A stretch of 64,000 bases of DNA, from positions 118,470-182,469 of the forward strand of contig CAZJHB010000001.1 in assembly GCA_964545685.1 (NCBI GenBank), given 5' to 3'. Below the pieces are notes generated by a model. The model saw nothing but the letters and a program-made list of their open reading frames with translations, did not search any database and had not been told where the DNA came from. Source of the stretch: an uncultured Candidatus Peribacteria bacterium (GTDB lineage: Bacteria > Patescibacteriota > Gracilibacteria > BD1-5 > UBA6164). A program made the position numbers and the translations under genes. Below are positions 17,815-28,213 of the stretch, in pieces; the stretch's first letter is position 1; each line of letters begins with the position of its first letter.

Positions 17815-18810
17815 TTATACACATGGTTGTTTTTTAGTATAAATATAGAACAATGAATAAATAGCATTTGATTTTTTTATTAATTTTATATTATAATCTA
17901 AATATTTATTACGTAATATAATGGGTAAATCTATACTCATTACAATAATATCATTGTTTTTATCAATAATATCAATATTACTTTCCTCGAAACAATATTT
18001 ATTATTAATCCAATATGTATATATTATATTATCTTTATATACAAAATATATATTTTTATTTACGAAGTCCCATTTTATATCAAATAAAGATTTCTTATTC
18101 ATAAAATTATCTTTATTAACAATACTACTAAGTATTCTTGTACTTAACACATTATTTGTATCATAGTTAGACTTAATACCAAGTTTTTTTACCAAAGATG
18201 TTGCGTCTTCTCCGAATCCTAAACCATATTCGATATTTTTATTTTTTAATAATTCAGCAATTGGATGTGTTTTAAAACGATTCCAATATTTATGATGATT
18301 ATTAGGTTTACCAACTTCAGCTGTAAAATCAATATTTAAAAACAATACTCCCTGATCTTCGAGATATTTTAAAGTCATCAACTGATCTGGAACATATGGT
18401 ACAAAATTAAAATGAGTTAATATTGCATAGAAAGCCAACATCGAATCTGTATTATATTCTTTATGTTCAAACCCTCTTCCTGTACTATTTTGTGATGGTG
18501 AAGAGTTGATAATAACATATTTATATGATGATGGTGGATTCCATAAAGGCAATAATAAATTTTCCGGTTCAGGAGTTATCATAATATTATTTTTTTCATC
18601 ACTGATAATATTTGTTCCATTAAATTCTATTAATTTATTGGCCATATTGATATTAAATATATTACCAATTGATACATTATAATAATTATATATAAACTTT
18701 AATGCATCTATAATGTTTTCTTTAAAATTATTATCTGTTAACCAACCAATATCGACCTTTTTAAAAACAATATCTATTAAATCATCAAAACCATATTTAA
18801 TATAATTCAT
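17815..18810 (-). CDS. uracil-DNA glycosylase-like protein (divergent, catalytic motifs not canonical)
   Basis: LEDQGVLFLNIDFTAEVGKPNNHHKYWNRFK resembles family-1 UDG WAkQGVLLLNavLTVrahqANSHkerGWEqFT. YKYVIINSSPSQNSTGRGFE sits where VVILGQDPYHGpnQAhGLcFS is expected. NVLSTRILSS sits where vLqtaHPSPLS is expected. Confidence 0.4.
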   Translation of the reverse strand: MNYIKYGFDDLIDIVFKKVDIGWLTDNNFKENIIDALKFIYNYYNVSIGNIFNINMANKLIEFNGTNIISDEKNNIMITPEPENLLLPLWNPPSSYKYVIINSSPSQNSTGRGFEHKEYNTDSMLAFYAILTHFNFVPYVPDQLMTLKYLEDQGVLFLNIDFTAEVGKPNNHHKYWNRFKTHPIAELLKNKNIEYGLGFGEDATSLVKKLGIKSNYDTNNVLSTRILSSIVNKDNFMNKKSLFDIKWDFVNKNIYFVYKDNIIYTYWINNKYCFEESNIDIIDKNNDIIVMSIDLPIILRNKYLDYNIKLIKKSNAIYSLFYIYTKKQPCV

Positions 18811-18830
18811 AACATATATTCAAAAAAATA

Positions 18831-18838
18831 TCAATTTT
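18831..18838 (-). promoter_or_regulatory. AAAATTGA octamer upstream of the UDG-like gene, abutting the stop of the previous gene
   Basis: Plus-strand tcaatttt at 18831-18838. The TGA stop of ORF 18840..19748 is at 18840-18842. The ATG of the downstream gene is at 18810. Confidence 0.5.
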
Positions 18839-18839
18839 T

Positions 18840-19748
18840 TCATTCTGCACGCAGTTTCCACCAGTTTAATATATTTCCATTCCAATTAATTACATCATTA
18901 AAAGTTCTATCATCTTTAATCATCATTTCGAAGAAATGTAATACATGTAATCCACATGTATTTCTATCAGGATTTTGATGTTTTTTTGTATTATAATAAT
19001 AATCATACCCGTCATCAAATTGGTTTATTTTTTTTAACCAATCAACAAATTCACATTCAGACTTATTGATAGATCCATTTTTACCAATATTTGTTCCATA
19101 TGAATTATAATATATAATTTTTTTATTTTCATGATCAATAATCATACCAAGCCAATGACCAATGGAATTGTTTCCATCATATAAAAACTCTTCTACTGAT
19201 TTATTCGGGTGAAATAATAATACAAATGTTTTATTTATTCCTTTATTTTTTACTTCATTAAAATATTCTTCAACAAATTCGGGTTGTGATTTAGTTAAAT
19301 GCGATTTCATATTATTTGGTAATATATTATGGGATGGATTCTTACTCATCGATATCATAGATACCGAACAACTAATGTCATCTGGGCAATACGCATAAAT
19401 TTTATCAATACAATGCACCATATCTTCAAGCGATGTACCTTTATTATCATCATAAACAATTTCGATTTTTTTAATATCATTTTCAATTTTTTTCAATTCA
19501 TACATAACATCAGTGTTAACACTACCTAATACTCTAAATAATTTAAATGTATCAGTGGCATCAACATTTGAATCAATTGATTTTGCATATTTTACGATAC
19601 CGTTATATAGTGTATCATATATATTATCATCATTATATTTAATTTTTTTATGCCATTCGGGAATATACGTATCTAGTATATTTTTTATACGATATATTAA
19701 ATGATTATTCAAACATCCCATTCGACCATTATTATATGTGCACGACAT
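18840..19748 (-). CDS. Ulp1/C48-like cysteine peptidase (putative)
   Basis: HWLGMIIDHENKKIIYYNSYG resembles HW.l.vid...k.i.yyDSl. QNPDRNTCGLHVLHFFE resembles Q.n..DCGvfvl.f.e with the catalytic Cys. Confidence 0.6.
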   Translation of the reverse strand: MSCTYNNGRMGCLNNHLIYRIKNILDTYIPEWHKKIKYNDDNIYDTLYNGIVKYAKSIDSNVDATDTFKLFRVLGSVNTDVMYELKKIENDIKKIEIVYDDNKGTSLEDMVHCIDKIYAYCPDDISCSVSMISMSKNPSHNILPNNMKSHLTKSQPEFVEEYFNEVKNKGINKTFVLLFHPNKSVEEFLYDGNNSIGHWLGMIIDHENKKIIYYNSYGTNIGKNGSINKSECEFVDWLKKINQFDDGYDYYYNTKKHQNPDRNTCGLHVLHFFEMMIKDDRTFNDVINWNGNILNWWKLRAE

Positions 19749-19785
19749 GCTTTTCCATATACTGATTAAAAAATATATTTATTGT

Positions 19786-20556
19786 TTAGTTTAATTTACT
19801 GTAAATTTTATATTTGTAAATAGCATTATAATATCTATTCAAAAATTCTTTATTGGTAAAATCATCACATGCAATATGATAATCAACAAAGTCGCATTTA
19901 TTATCTTCATCATGTAAATTTAGATAGCGGTTATTATACATGCAGTAATGGAGATTCAATTTTTTATTATCATTTGTTCTTTTTTCTTTATATTCTAAAA
20001 ACGACTTTAATGATTTATAATATGAACATGGCAATTTTTCATCTTTATCGGAATATTTAGCTTTAAGTTCCTCGATTGTGGTTGCATCTAAATATTTATC
20101 TGTTTGCATGATTTTAACCGTACGTAAACAATTATTTCCGGTTTTAAATGTTTTTGAATCTGTATTATATTTTTCTGGAATATAAAAATCGTTCTTTTCT
20201 TTATCTTTATAACATTTATATAAATTAAACGGATTTGTAAAATCCAAATCTTTATTTTCAGGATTATTCATAACCAAACATGAATTGATAATACCATCCA
20301 TTTGATCACGTGATAAGAACTGTGGGTATGAAAAATCCTTGAATTCAAAATTATACTTATCAGTCAATTCTTTTCTTAGCTCAAATCCTCCTTTATGTGT
20401 AATTTCAAGACAATCAATCATTGATCTAGATCCTTTTCTATTTGGCATGTATGGATAAATATAATGGGTATCATACTCTTGGTCATAATTGACGTTTACA
20501 ATATAACCATAAGTATACTTTTTATCAGTAACTAATTTAGCAAAAATTGCCTTCAT
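19786..20556 (-). CDS. hypothetical protein (256 aa)
   Basis: Track ORF 19786..20580 starts at the ATG inside the promoter-like AAAAATGATTATTTTTTTT. The next in-frame ATG, 24 nt downstream (MKAIFAKL), fits the usual motif-to-ATG spacing. Confidence 0.55.
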   Translation of the reverse strand: MKAIFAKLVTDKKYTYGYIVNVNYDQEYDTHYIYPYMPNRKGSRSMIDCLEITHKGGFELRKELTDKYNFEFKDFSYPQFLSRDQMDGIINSCLVMNNPENKDLDFTNPFNLYKCYKDKEKNDFYIPEKYNTDSKTFKTGNNCLRTVKIMQTDKYLDATTIEELKAKYSDKDEKLPCSYYKSLKSFLEYKEKRTNDNKKLNLHYCMYNNRYLNLHDEDNKCDFVDYHIACDDFTNKEFLNRYYNAIYKYKIYSKLN

Positions 20557-20582
20557 ATCAATCTTAAAAAAAATAATCATTT

Positions 20583-21620
20583 TTAAAATATCTTCTTAAT
20601 ATCATCTATATTAGATTTAATACTTGATAATTTATTTAAAATATCATAATCAAATATAGGATTTTCAATAATACCGGATATTATATCTATATATTCCATA
20701 CTCGTAATAGTTTTAAGTGTTCTGTTTGAATCTTTAATATAATCTTTGTATTTCGAAAGACGATTTTCTATAATGCTAGGAGTAGTTTTTCCGGTATGTA
20801 TATATAAATCAATTTTAGTTTCCGATAAATTACATTTCCATGATATATGATGAGATACTTTCATTGGTGTCAAAATATTAGCATCGATAAACATATATGC
20901 AGCTATTGCATCTAAAACATTTTTTGCATTTAATTTAATTGAATATTTTAATAACATATCTTTCGATATTTCTCTAGGTTTATATTTAATGTTGCCAGTG
21001 ATACTTTTATTATTTTTAACTATTTTCATATCGGCATCAATAGCATTTTTGACCAGCGTTTCAATATTATTGATATCAATATTGTTTTTCTTTGTTTGAT
21101 TTCCGGATATAATAATCTTGAAATTGTTTTTAATACAATTATGTAATAAATTATATCTTGCAGCATCCACATAATCGGTATTATTTGAATCACCGCCAAG
21201 ATGATGATTAATTGTTTGAGATCTATATTTCGTTGATAATAATTTTTTCAATATATTTCCTAATCTAACATGCATATATGCATAACTTGATGATAAATGC
21301 AAAACAACAGTTCCTTTATTTATATGAATATCATAATTATATACATTATTGGTAATTAAATTTGTTTTAAAAGTAACACCAATATTTTTAGCATTACTAA
21401 AATCGGACGAATACATTATATCATATAATGTATCTTTTAAATATTCTGCTGTTACATAATCAACTAACGTAATTCCTTTAATATCATCGGCCATATATTG
21501 TTTTATATCACTGTCATAATCAATCAATGATAAATCATGATCTGATATCTTAAAAATAAGATCAACATCAAACACACCGTTTGATAAATTCTTGTTTTCG
21601 TATATTTCTGTATAACCCAT
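20583..21620 (-). CDS. hypothetical protein (345 aa)
   Basis: Track ORF with ATG start (MGYTEIYENK). No family recognised. Confidence 0.6.
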   Translation of the reverse strand: MGYTEIYENKNLSNGVFDVDLIFKISDHDLSLIDYDSDIKQYMADDIKGITLVDYVTAEYLKDTLYDIMYSSDFSNAKNIGVTFKTNLITNNVYNYDIHINKGTVVLHLSSSYAYMHVRLGNILKKLLSTKYRSQTINHHLGGDSNNTDYVDAARYNLLHNCIKNNFKIIISGNQTKKNNIDINNIETLVKNAIDADMKIVKNNKSITGNIKYKPREISKDMLLKYSIKLNAKNVLDAIAAYMFIDANILTPMKVSHHISWKCNLSETKIDLYIHTGKTTPSIIENRLSKYKDYIKDSNRTLKTITSMEYIDIISGIIENPIFDYDILNKLSSIKSNIDDIKKIF

Positions 21621-21674
21621 AATTCAAATAATAAAAAAAATCAATAATATTTAAATTATACATATTTGATTATT

Positions 21675-22379
21675 ATGCAGATAAATATTAATAATACTGA
21701 ATTCACAAAAATATTAAATGCATATTGTGAATATTTAATAAAAGAAGATCAAAATATACGTAAAAAAAAGTTCTATAACGAAGAAAATGTAATTAATATT
21801 AATAAAAATACATTATATTTAACTATATCAAAAGAAGCAAGAAATATGTTTAATATAATATTCGAATATTATTTAACTGAGTTACATAATTCTATTGATG
21901 AATTAATTACGGATTTAAAAGATGATAGAATTATTAAACTGGATACATATAATGATTGCATAAATGATATTATAATTGATAATAAATATAAATATAATAA
22001 CTTAATTTCGTTATCACTTTTATCAGCATTTTATGGTTCATTGAAAAATAAATATTACAACAACTATACCTTAATATATAATTTTATGTTAACTAAAATT
22101 AAACAATGTATTACTAATAATATTATTATAAATGATTTTAATAATAATTGTATAGATTATGATATATTATCAAATGATATTACAAATAAATTTACTATTT
22201 TGATTATGGTTATATGTATTAATATTGTAAACTTTATTAAACATAATTATAAAAAACAAAAAACAAGTATTAAAGCTGAAAAAATTTTAGAAATTATAGA
22301 CAATATTAGATATAATAGTCAATGTAAGTTAATGGATATTAATACAATAGATCATATATATACTAAATACACTATATAA
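21675..22379 (+). CDS. hypothetical protein (234 aa)
   Basis: Track ORF 21666..22379 starts at TTG; the first ATG is at 21675 (MQININNTEF). Confidence 0.5.
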   Translation: MQININNTEFTKILNAYCEYLIKEDQNIRKKKFYNEENVININKNTLYLTISKEARNMFNIIFEYYLTELHNSIDELITDLKDDRIIKLDTYNDCINDIIIDNKYKYNNLISLSLLSAFYGSLKNKYYNNYTLIYNFMLTKIKQCITNNIIINDFNNNCIDYDILSNDITNKFTILIMVICINIVNFIKHNYKKQKTSIKAEKILEIIDNIRYNSQCKLMDINTIDHIYTKYTI

Positions 22380-25110
22380 ATTTCATTATTTTATTTGTAT
22401 TTTCAATCATATACTGTTCAATTAAATAACATTTTTTTTTACCTTTATATGTATTTGTTATTTTATACTGTTTGATGATTTCATCGAGTTCATTGTTTTT
22501 TCGAGATGCACATGACATATTACTTTCATTATATACTATTTTAAATATTATTTTCCATGATCCTGGTTTTATTATTTTTGGAATAGTATAATAAGCTATT
22601 CCATTGGCTGATATATTTTTATAATATATTATTTTATTTTTTATTTCTTTTGAATATATAAATGATAATTTTTTATCCGGTAGTTTAATTTGTGTATATT
22701 TAATTTTTGTTAAATAATAATTTAATAATTCTAATCTTAAATTTTTAAATTTAGTATCATCAGGAATAATAAGACCGTTATAATACAAAAATTTAATAAA
22801 CAATAATTCTTTATTATTTATTTTTGGATATCTATCTAATAAATTTTCAATACTTGAAATTAATATAGTTTCATTCGACATTAATTTATATATGATATCT
22901 TCAATGGGAGTTTCATTTATAATAGCAAGTGCATCATCAATAGTATTAATATTGGTTTTTATATATTCCACATCATATATATCTATACCAATTTCTTCGG
23001 GATTGATTATTTTCTGATATTGAGTTAATGTATATAAATTTTTACTATCAATATTTATATCATTAACTTGTATTATAATTTTTTTATTATTATATTCGAA
23101 AATTTTAATACTATAATCATTCTCATTAAATTTAATAATATTATCGGTTTCACGATTATTAAATAATGAAATTATATTTATTATATTTTCAGGTGTTATG
23201 TGCGATATATCATATTTTGCCAGATTATATCGATCATTTAAAATTACATTTATAAAATCATCCAATAACCATGCTTTACTTATATCAAATAAGTAAGTAA
23301 AAATTGTTTTCAACATTAAATAATCATAATATGATAATTCGAAATGTTTTAACATTATTTTGTTTTTATTAATACTATTATTTTGCAATTCTTCTAAATA
23401 TTTTTTTACCGCAATATAATCAAATTCTTTAAGTAAGTAATTTTTTTGTAATGTTGATATAAAATTATTATCAGAACGTGTATTAACAGGAATATGTATA
23501 TTAACCTTTCTATCTTTTAGTGGTAATTTGATATGCGAATCTCTTCTAACAACTCTGCCGATAATTTGTTGCAATTGTGTCATATGATCAATCATTCCTA
23601 ATATATACATATCTGTAACATTTGGTAGGGTAATAGATACTTCTACTACAGATGTAACTAAAATAATATCAATAATATCATTATCATTATGATATAATTC
23701 TAATATTTTTTTTCGATCATCATCCGATGTATTTCCGTATAATAATAAATAATTTAAAGGTTCAAATGTGTTGGTATCTTTATGTTCTTTGATGGTTTTT
23801 AGGCATTTGCGACATAATGTATCTTTACTATAGTTACTGCCGTATTGAATAAATCCATTACTGTTTAGTATTTCTGCCCATTGTAATACACCTGGACATT
23901 TAACAAGTGAATGATATATAACACTTTTAAATCTTTCAGAATTTTTAATTCGAGCATTTAATTTATCAAATATCGATTGTAATACATATTTAGGAATTAC
24001 ACCAATTTTATGTATATTTTTTAATTTTAAATCATCACTATAAACAATTTGTTTACTAATATTGTAACCGTTCTTATTATATTGTTCATATTTTTTTAAT
24101 TGAAAATTATTATGTATAATTAAAGATTTACTAATTGGAAATATCATTTCATTTTTAAAAGAATTATACGAATCTTCATTGATTTCTTCAACATTATAAT
24201 CATTTTTGCAAATTTGGTATTGAGTCAAATCCATTTCGAGTGGTATCAGTTTTAATTCTTTAAATCCGTCCAATTTTTTCCCTTCATAATTTACTTTTGG
24301 TAAATTCAAATTATCAGGGTTTTTATAAAACATGTAATATTTACTAAGTTTATCGATAAAATAATTATAGTGTTTTGGATCTAATATCGAATGATTCACT
24401 CCTTTCATTATATTTATTGACATATTGAAATTATCATATGTATATGGATCCATAATTTTTCCTTCATAAATATTAATAATATTTATATTTTCTAATAATG
24501 AACGATTAAATATGGTACCCGAAGCACCAACAACTCTTAAATTAGGAATTTTATTAATAAGATACATAATTAAATATGCATATGAATTTAATCCTTGATA
24601 GTTATATAATTTTTGAATTTCATCAATTAAAATAATATTATCCGTTAAATCACTAATAATATTTTGATTCAAAACAATTTTATGATTTAAAATTTTATTA
24701 TATAAATCATTTATATCGGTATATATAGCATCATTGCCGAAAAATATATTAAACATTTTTTTATATGTAATAAACTTGATAATACCAATTGTTTTTCTTT
24801 TTATGTCAATATATGTTGGGTTATCTTCTTTTGTAAAGAATCCAAATACAGGATTTGTTAAATCTCTATAAAATGCATGTTTAGCTTCTTTTGCGGCAAT
24901 AAAGTATATAGGTTTATCAGGAACCTTTGTTCTTAATCCCGCTAAAATCATTGAAATGGTTTTACCTGAACCAATATCATAATTAATTATTAATTTTTTT
25001 TGTGTTTTATATCGATGAATTAATTCCGCGGTTAATATTTGATGAGAATCAAAATTAAAATAATTTGTTTGAATATTATCTTTAGGTTTAAATTCGATAT
25101 CCTTTACCAT
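22372..25110 (-). CDS. SF2 helicase, poxvirus D6/VETF-small-subunit-like
   Basis: Motif I DIGSGKTIS, motif II ILIDEIQKL, motif III GASGTIF, motif VI QIIGRVVRRDSH. Size (912 aa) and motif spelling resemble the D6R-type helicases of NCLDVs. The subfamily call is by eye. Confidence 0.7.
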   Translation of the reverse strand: MVKDIEFKPKDNIQTNYFNFDSHQILTAELIHRYKTQKKLIINYDIGSGKTISMILAGLRTKVPDKPIYFIAAKEAKHAFYRDLTNPVFGFFTKEDNPTYIDIKRKTIGIIKFITYKKMFNIFFGNDAIYTDINDLYNKILNHKIVLNQNIISDLTDNIILIDEIQKLYNYQGLNSYAYLIMYLINKIPNLRVVGASGTIFNRSLLENINIINIYEGKIMDPYTYDNFNMSINIMKGVNHSILDPKHYNYFIDKLSKYYMFYKNPDNLNLPKVNYEGKKLDGFKELKLIPLEMDLTQYQICKNDYNVEEINEDSYNSFKNEMIFPISKSLIIHNNFQLKKYEQYNKNGYNISKQIVYSDDLKLKNIHKIGVIPKYVLQSIFDKLNARIKNSERFKSVIYHSLVKCPGVLQWAEILNSNGFIQYGSNYSKDTLCRKCLKTIKEHKDTNTFEPLNYLLLYGNTSDDDRKKILELYHNDNDIIDIILVTSVVEVSITLPNVTDMYILGMIDHMTQLQQIIGRVVRRDSHIKLPLKDRKVNIHIPVNTRSDNNFISTLQKNYLLKEFDYIAVKKYLEELQNNSINKNKIMLKHFELSYYDYLMLKTIFTYLFDISKAWLLDDFINVILNDRYNLAKYDISHITPENIINIISLFNNRETDNIIKFNENDYSIKIFEYNNKKIIIQVNDINIDSKNLYTLTQYQKIINPEEIGIDIYDVEYIKTNINTIDDALAIINETPIEDIIYKLMSNETILISSIENLLDRYPKINNKELLFIKFLYYNGLIIPDDTKFKNLRLELLNYYLTKIKYTQIKLPDKKLSFIYSKEIKNKIIYYKNISANGIAYYTIPKIIKPGSWKIIFKIVYNESNMSCASRKNNELDEIIKQYKITNTYKGKKKCYLIEQYMIENTNKIMKFI

Positions 25111-25135
25111 TATTCATACAATAATAAAAAAACAT

Positions 25136-25143
25136 AAAATTGA
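25136..25143 (+). promoter_or_regulatory. AAAATTGA octamer upstream of the dNK-like gene
   Basis: ataAAAATTGAtaattttt, ~24 nt upstream of the ATG at 25167. The track ORF start at 25140 is the TTG inside the octamer. Confidence 0.5.
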
Positions 25144-25166
25144 TAATTTTTTTATTATTGTTAGCA

Positions 25167-25694
25167 ATGTGCAAAACTATTACTTTCGTTAACGGTTTAC
25201 CGGGTGCAGGAAAGAGCACAATGATGTTGAATCTAGACAACAAATGTATTATTACTGAGCCTGTTTCGCAATATAAAATTAATAGATATTTAGCAGATAT
25301 TGAAAATCAAGCTTTTAGTTTTCAAACTGAAATAATTGAAGCTAAATTTAAAAAAATTGAAGAAATGATGCATAAAAATTGTAAAGAAATTTATGTTGAA
25401 CGTTACTGGCTCCTGGACAAGTCTTTTGCTAAAATGCGTTTAACCAATAATCAGTATAATTTATATAAAGGTTATTATCGAAAAATTGTAAGTATGTTTA
25501 ATAAGTTGGTCAATGACTATAATTATACAGTTAAACATATATTGATTGATACTTCGGTTGAACAATGCTTAAAAAATATTGAAAAAAGAGGAATTGAAAG
25601 TGAGATTAAATATTACACCATTGATAATTTAAATTATATCTATAACATTTCACATTATACCATGATTGGTATTAAACAAATACAAGTTCTTTAA
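25167..25694 (+). CDS. P-loop deoxynucleoside/nucleotide kinase-like protein
   Basis: First ATG gives MCKTITFVNGLPGAGKSTMM (Walker A). VERYWLLDKSFAKM resembles the ERS motif region of dNK-family kinases. Size is ~175 aa. Confidence 0.6.
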   Translation: MCKTITFVNGLPGAGKSTMMLNLDNKCIITEPVSQYKINRYLADIENQAFSFQTEIIEAKFKKIEEMMHKNCKEIYVERYWLLDKSFAKMRLTNNQYNLYKGYYRKIVSMFNKLVNDYNYTVKHILIDTSVEQCLKNIEKRGIESEIKYYTIDNLNYIYNISHYTMIGIKQIQVL

Positions 25695-25899
25695 AGCGCC
25701 ATAATGTTAATATTTGAGTTCCGATGAAGTTAACTATTGCTATAACAAGATTAGTGGCATCGCCAATACCTGGTACCAATCCAACCACTACACCTATGAT
25801 AGTAAGAGTTAATGAGAAAATGATTGCAACTGAATTAAATTTTATAAATATCCATAATTTTTTTAATTTTCTTTTAAATTCGTCTATATCAAACTTCAT
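25672..25899 (-). CDS. small membrane protein (75 aa)
   Basis: MKFDIDEFKRKLKKLW followed by two hydrophobic segments (AIIFSLTLTIIGVVVGLV, LVIAIVNFIGTQIL). Preferred over the overlapping plus-strand ORF 25724..25930, which is less protein-like. Confidence 0.45.
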   Translation of the reverse strand: MKFDIDEFKRKLKKLWIFIKFNSVAIIFSLTLTIIGVVVGLVPGIGDATNLVIAIVNFIGTQILTLWRFKELVFV

Positions 25900-25932
25900 T
25901 ACATTTAATTATTATTTATTTTTTTTTTGAAA

Positions 25933-26580
25933 ATGACAAATATTGAAATAAAAAGACATATTGTAACATTCGATATAATGTTACTATTAACATATACCGA
26001 ATATTTAAATAATAATTTAAATTTATATTCTTTATTTATTTTTATAGCGTTTATAGCCAATTGTTATACTAATTTATCTATTAATAAAATTTCTAAAAAA
26101 AATTTAGCTTTATATTTCATTAATATTATATCATTCTTTATCGAAATGCCTATAATACTATATTCGCGTATCTTAGTAAAATATCCATTTGTATTATTTT
26201 TATCATTATTTGCTTATATTTATTTAATATATGAAAATAACTATACTAAAAATATTAAAATACTTATTATTAATAAATTATTTTATATTTCACTTTCTAT
26301 GGTAATTTTTATATTTTTAGTAGCAAATATATTTATTAAAAAAAATTTATTAGATCCAATTTATATTGAATATAGCATGTATATATTTTTCGAAATATAT
26401 AGATTTATATTTGTTTTGATAAATAAAAAAGAAAAAAATTATCGCAGAATAATAATCAATATAATTTATTATATATTATTAGGTATGATGTTGATATTAA
26501 ATTATATAACAATAAGAAAATATTATAATATTATATTTATTTTAACAACAATTTTAAAATTAATTATAGTTAGAATATAA
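25933..26580 (+). CDS. multi-pass membrane protein, function unknown
   Basis: Track ORF 25927 starts at TTG; the ATG is at 25933. About six hydrophobic segments are spread through 215 aa. Confidence 0.55.
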   Translation: MTNIEIKRHIVTFDIMLLLTYTEYLNNNLNLYSLFIFIAFIANCYTNLSINKISKKNLALYFINIISFFIEMPIILYSRILVKYPFVLFLSLFAYIYLIYENNYTKNIKILIINKLFYISLSMVIFIFLVANIFIKKNLLDPIYIEYSMYIFFEIYRFIFVLINKKEKNYRRIIINIIYYILLGMMLILNYITIRKYYNIIFILTTILKLIIVRI

Positions 26581-26613
26581 ATAAAAAATGAATATTTTAT
26601 CATATATTGCCTA
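26581..26613 (+). promoter_or_regulatory. conserved ~35-nt upstream element, copy a
   Basis: ATAAAAAATGAATATTTTATCATATATTGCCTA followed directly by ATG. It is nearly verbatim at 38038-38074 and 54271-54304, and related at 35338-35371, 17731-17760 and 16670-16707. Confidence 0.55.
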
Positions 26614-26970
26614 ATGGAAATCATAAACCATTATAAATACCATTGTGTTGAGAATAACACATACTATCTGTCCGTTGTAATGCGCGATCCAAATGGTAAA
26701 GTTGATTGGAAAGATTTTGAATTTTTACCAAATCGATATACAGACACCGTTCCGATTCGTCGTTTGCGTAAAGGTAAGTGGTGTTATGACCACAGTCAAC
26801 TCGTGATGACACAAAAGTATTTGCCTCCACCGATGCCTGGTATGAGATCTAATGATGTTCGAAAGATACATGAATCGGATATCATTGAACCAACTTATCC
26901 TTTGTTAGACATCGACGGTTATCCTATCTGCATGATTCCGATGTCTATTCCAAGTGATTTCAATTACTAA
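26614..26970 (+). CDS. hypothetical protein (118 aa), G+C-richer than surroundings
   Basis: ATG start directly after the conserved element. It uses G/C-ending codons that are rare elsewhere in the window. No family recognised. Confidence 0.6.
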   Translation: MEIINHYKYHCVENNTYYLSVVMRDPNGKVDWKDFEFLPNRYTDTVPIRRLRKGKWCYDHSQLVMTQKYLPPPMPGMRSNDVRKIHESDIIEPTYPLLDIDGYPICMIPMSIPSDFNY

Positions 26971-26993
26971 AATGTGTTTTTTTTAATATTTTG

Positions 26994-27599
26994 ATGTTAC
27001 AAAAAATTTGTTTAAACTGCAATAGACCATATACAACTAAACATTGTTTATGTACAAGTTATAATAGAAAATCGGAATGGAAATTAGGTTGTTGGTTACA
27101 AGATAATAACTTCGAATATATCCAAGAATACAATTCACGTAAAATTAAAAAAAATACAAATTTTTATTATGATTTTTATTTACCAAATTATAATATCATT
27201 ATAGAATTAGATGGAGAACAGCATTTTTATGCTGTATCAAATATTGATATTCGTAAAATGAAATATGCTAATAGGGCTGGTATAAGTATTATTAGAATTC
27301 CACAGTTATTTGTTAAAGAAGATACAAATCAATGGGAAGAAATATTATTAAGTAAGATTAAAAAATATAAATATCCGAAAGTTGTATATATCGGTAAATG
27401 GAAATATAAAAATATGAAAAAGAAGTATTCGAAATGTATTAATATTTTACATTATATTTTATATAAGAAAGTTGATTATTATGATACATTATCATATAAT
27501 GAATTAAAAGAAATTGCTTGTAATAAGGGAATTATTAAATACTATAAAATGGATAAAAAACAATTGATACAAAAATTAAAATTAATTAATAACGTTTAA
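26994..27599 (+). CDS. PD-(D/E)xK (Vsr/DUF559-like) endonuclease with N-terminal Cys cluster and C-terminal SAP/Rho-N-like motif
   Basis: YYDFYLPNYNIIIELDGEQHF resembles the fDF.l.....iEvDG.qH core of Vsr/DUF559-type nucleases. CLNCNRPY...HCLC lies at the N-terminus. SYNELKEIACNKGIIKYYKMDKKQLIQKL resembles SAP/Rho_N helix-extended-helix motifs. Confidence 0.55.
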   Translation: MLQKICLNCNRPYTTKHCLCTSYNRKSEWKLGCWLQDNNFEYIQEYNSRKIKKNTNFYYDFYLPNYNIIIELDGEQHFYAVSNIDIRKMKYANRAGISIIRIPQLFVKEDTNQWEEILLSKIKKYKYPKVVYIGKWKYKNMKKKYSKCINILHYILYKKVDYYDTLSYNELKEIACNKGIIKYYKMDKKQLIQKLKLINNV

Positions 27600-28146
27600 G
27601 CATATTAATACAATCTTCATATGTATCAAATTCAAAATATTCTTTATATTCTTCAAAAATTTCACGTGTAAATGGAATAAATATTTTATCAGGAATTTCA
27701 TTTTCATCATGATTATAATCTTTTGAGGTATCGATATAATAATTTTTTTTATTATCCTGATATATTTTATAATAACCTTGATAATCCAAGTTTTTATAAT
27801 CAACAATATCAAAATCATCATCAAATGTTTGATGTATTAAAATATTATAATTTTTCATATAATATGTATTATTAATTAGATAAATATACGCATAAAGTCT
27901 ACATACACGCATAAATTTTTTAAGTTTAGTTGTAAATGAACAAATCGGTTGTTCTTCTTCTGATTCAAGAAGATCAATGATATAATCTTGATCAAATTCT
28001 ATTATAGAAATATCTACTTCTTTATTACTACAGGCATTAAAACAGTAAATCGGTTTATTATTTTTAATACCAATTACATAGTCATCTAAATTTTGATTAT
28101 AATAAATACCGTCTTTCAACATACTATTTTTATTAAGTATAATCAT
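27586..28146 (-). CDS. hypothetical protein (186 aa)
   Basis: Track ORF with ATG start. No family recognised. Confidence 0.55.
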   Translation of the reverse strand: MIILNKNSMLKDGIYYNQNLDDYVIGIKNNKPIYCFNACSNKEVDISIIEFDQDYIIDLLESEEEQPICSFTTKLKKFMRVCRLYAYIYLINNTYYMKNYNILIHQTFDDDFDIVDYKNLDYQGYYKIYQDNKKNYYIDTSKDYNHDENEIPDKIFIPFTREIFEEYKEYFEFDTYEDCINMLKRY

Positions 28147-28213
28147 TTTTTGTATTTACATTTATTAAATTCGAATAATATATAAATTGATTTTTTTTAT
28201 AATATTGAAAAAT

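Noticed and set aside
25724-25930. Plus-strand 68-aa ORF overlapping the minus-strand 75-aa ORF 25672..25899
   Set aside because: The minus-strand product has an amphipathic N-terminus plus two clean hydrophobic helices. The plus-strand product is Thr/Pro/Asn-rich shadow sequence. Only one can reasonably be real, and neither is certain.
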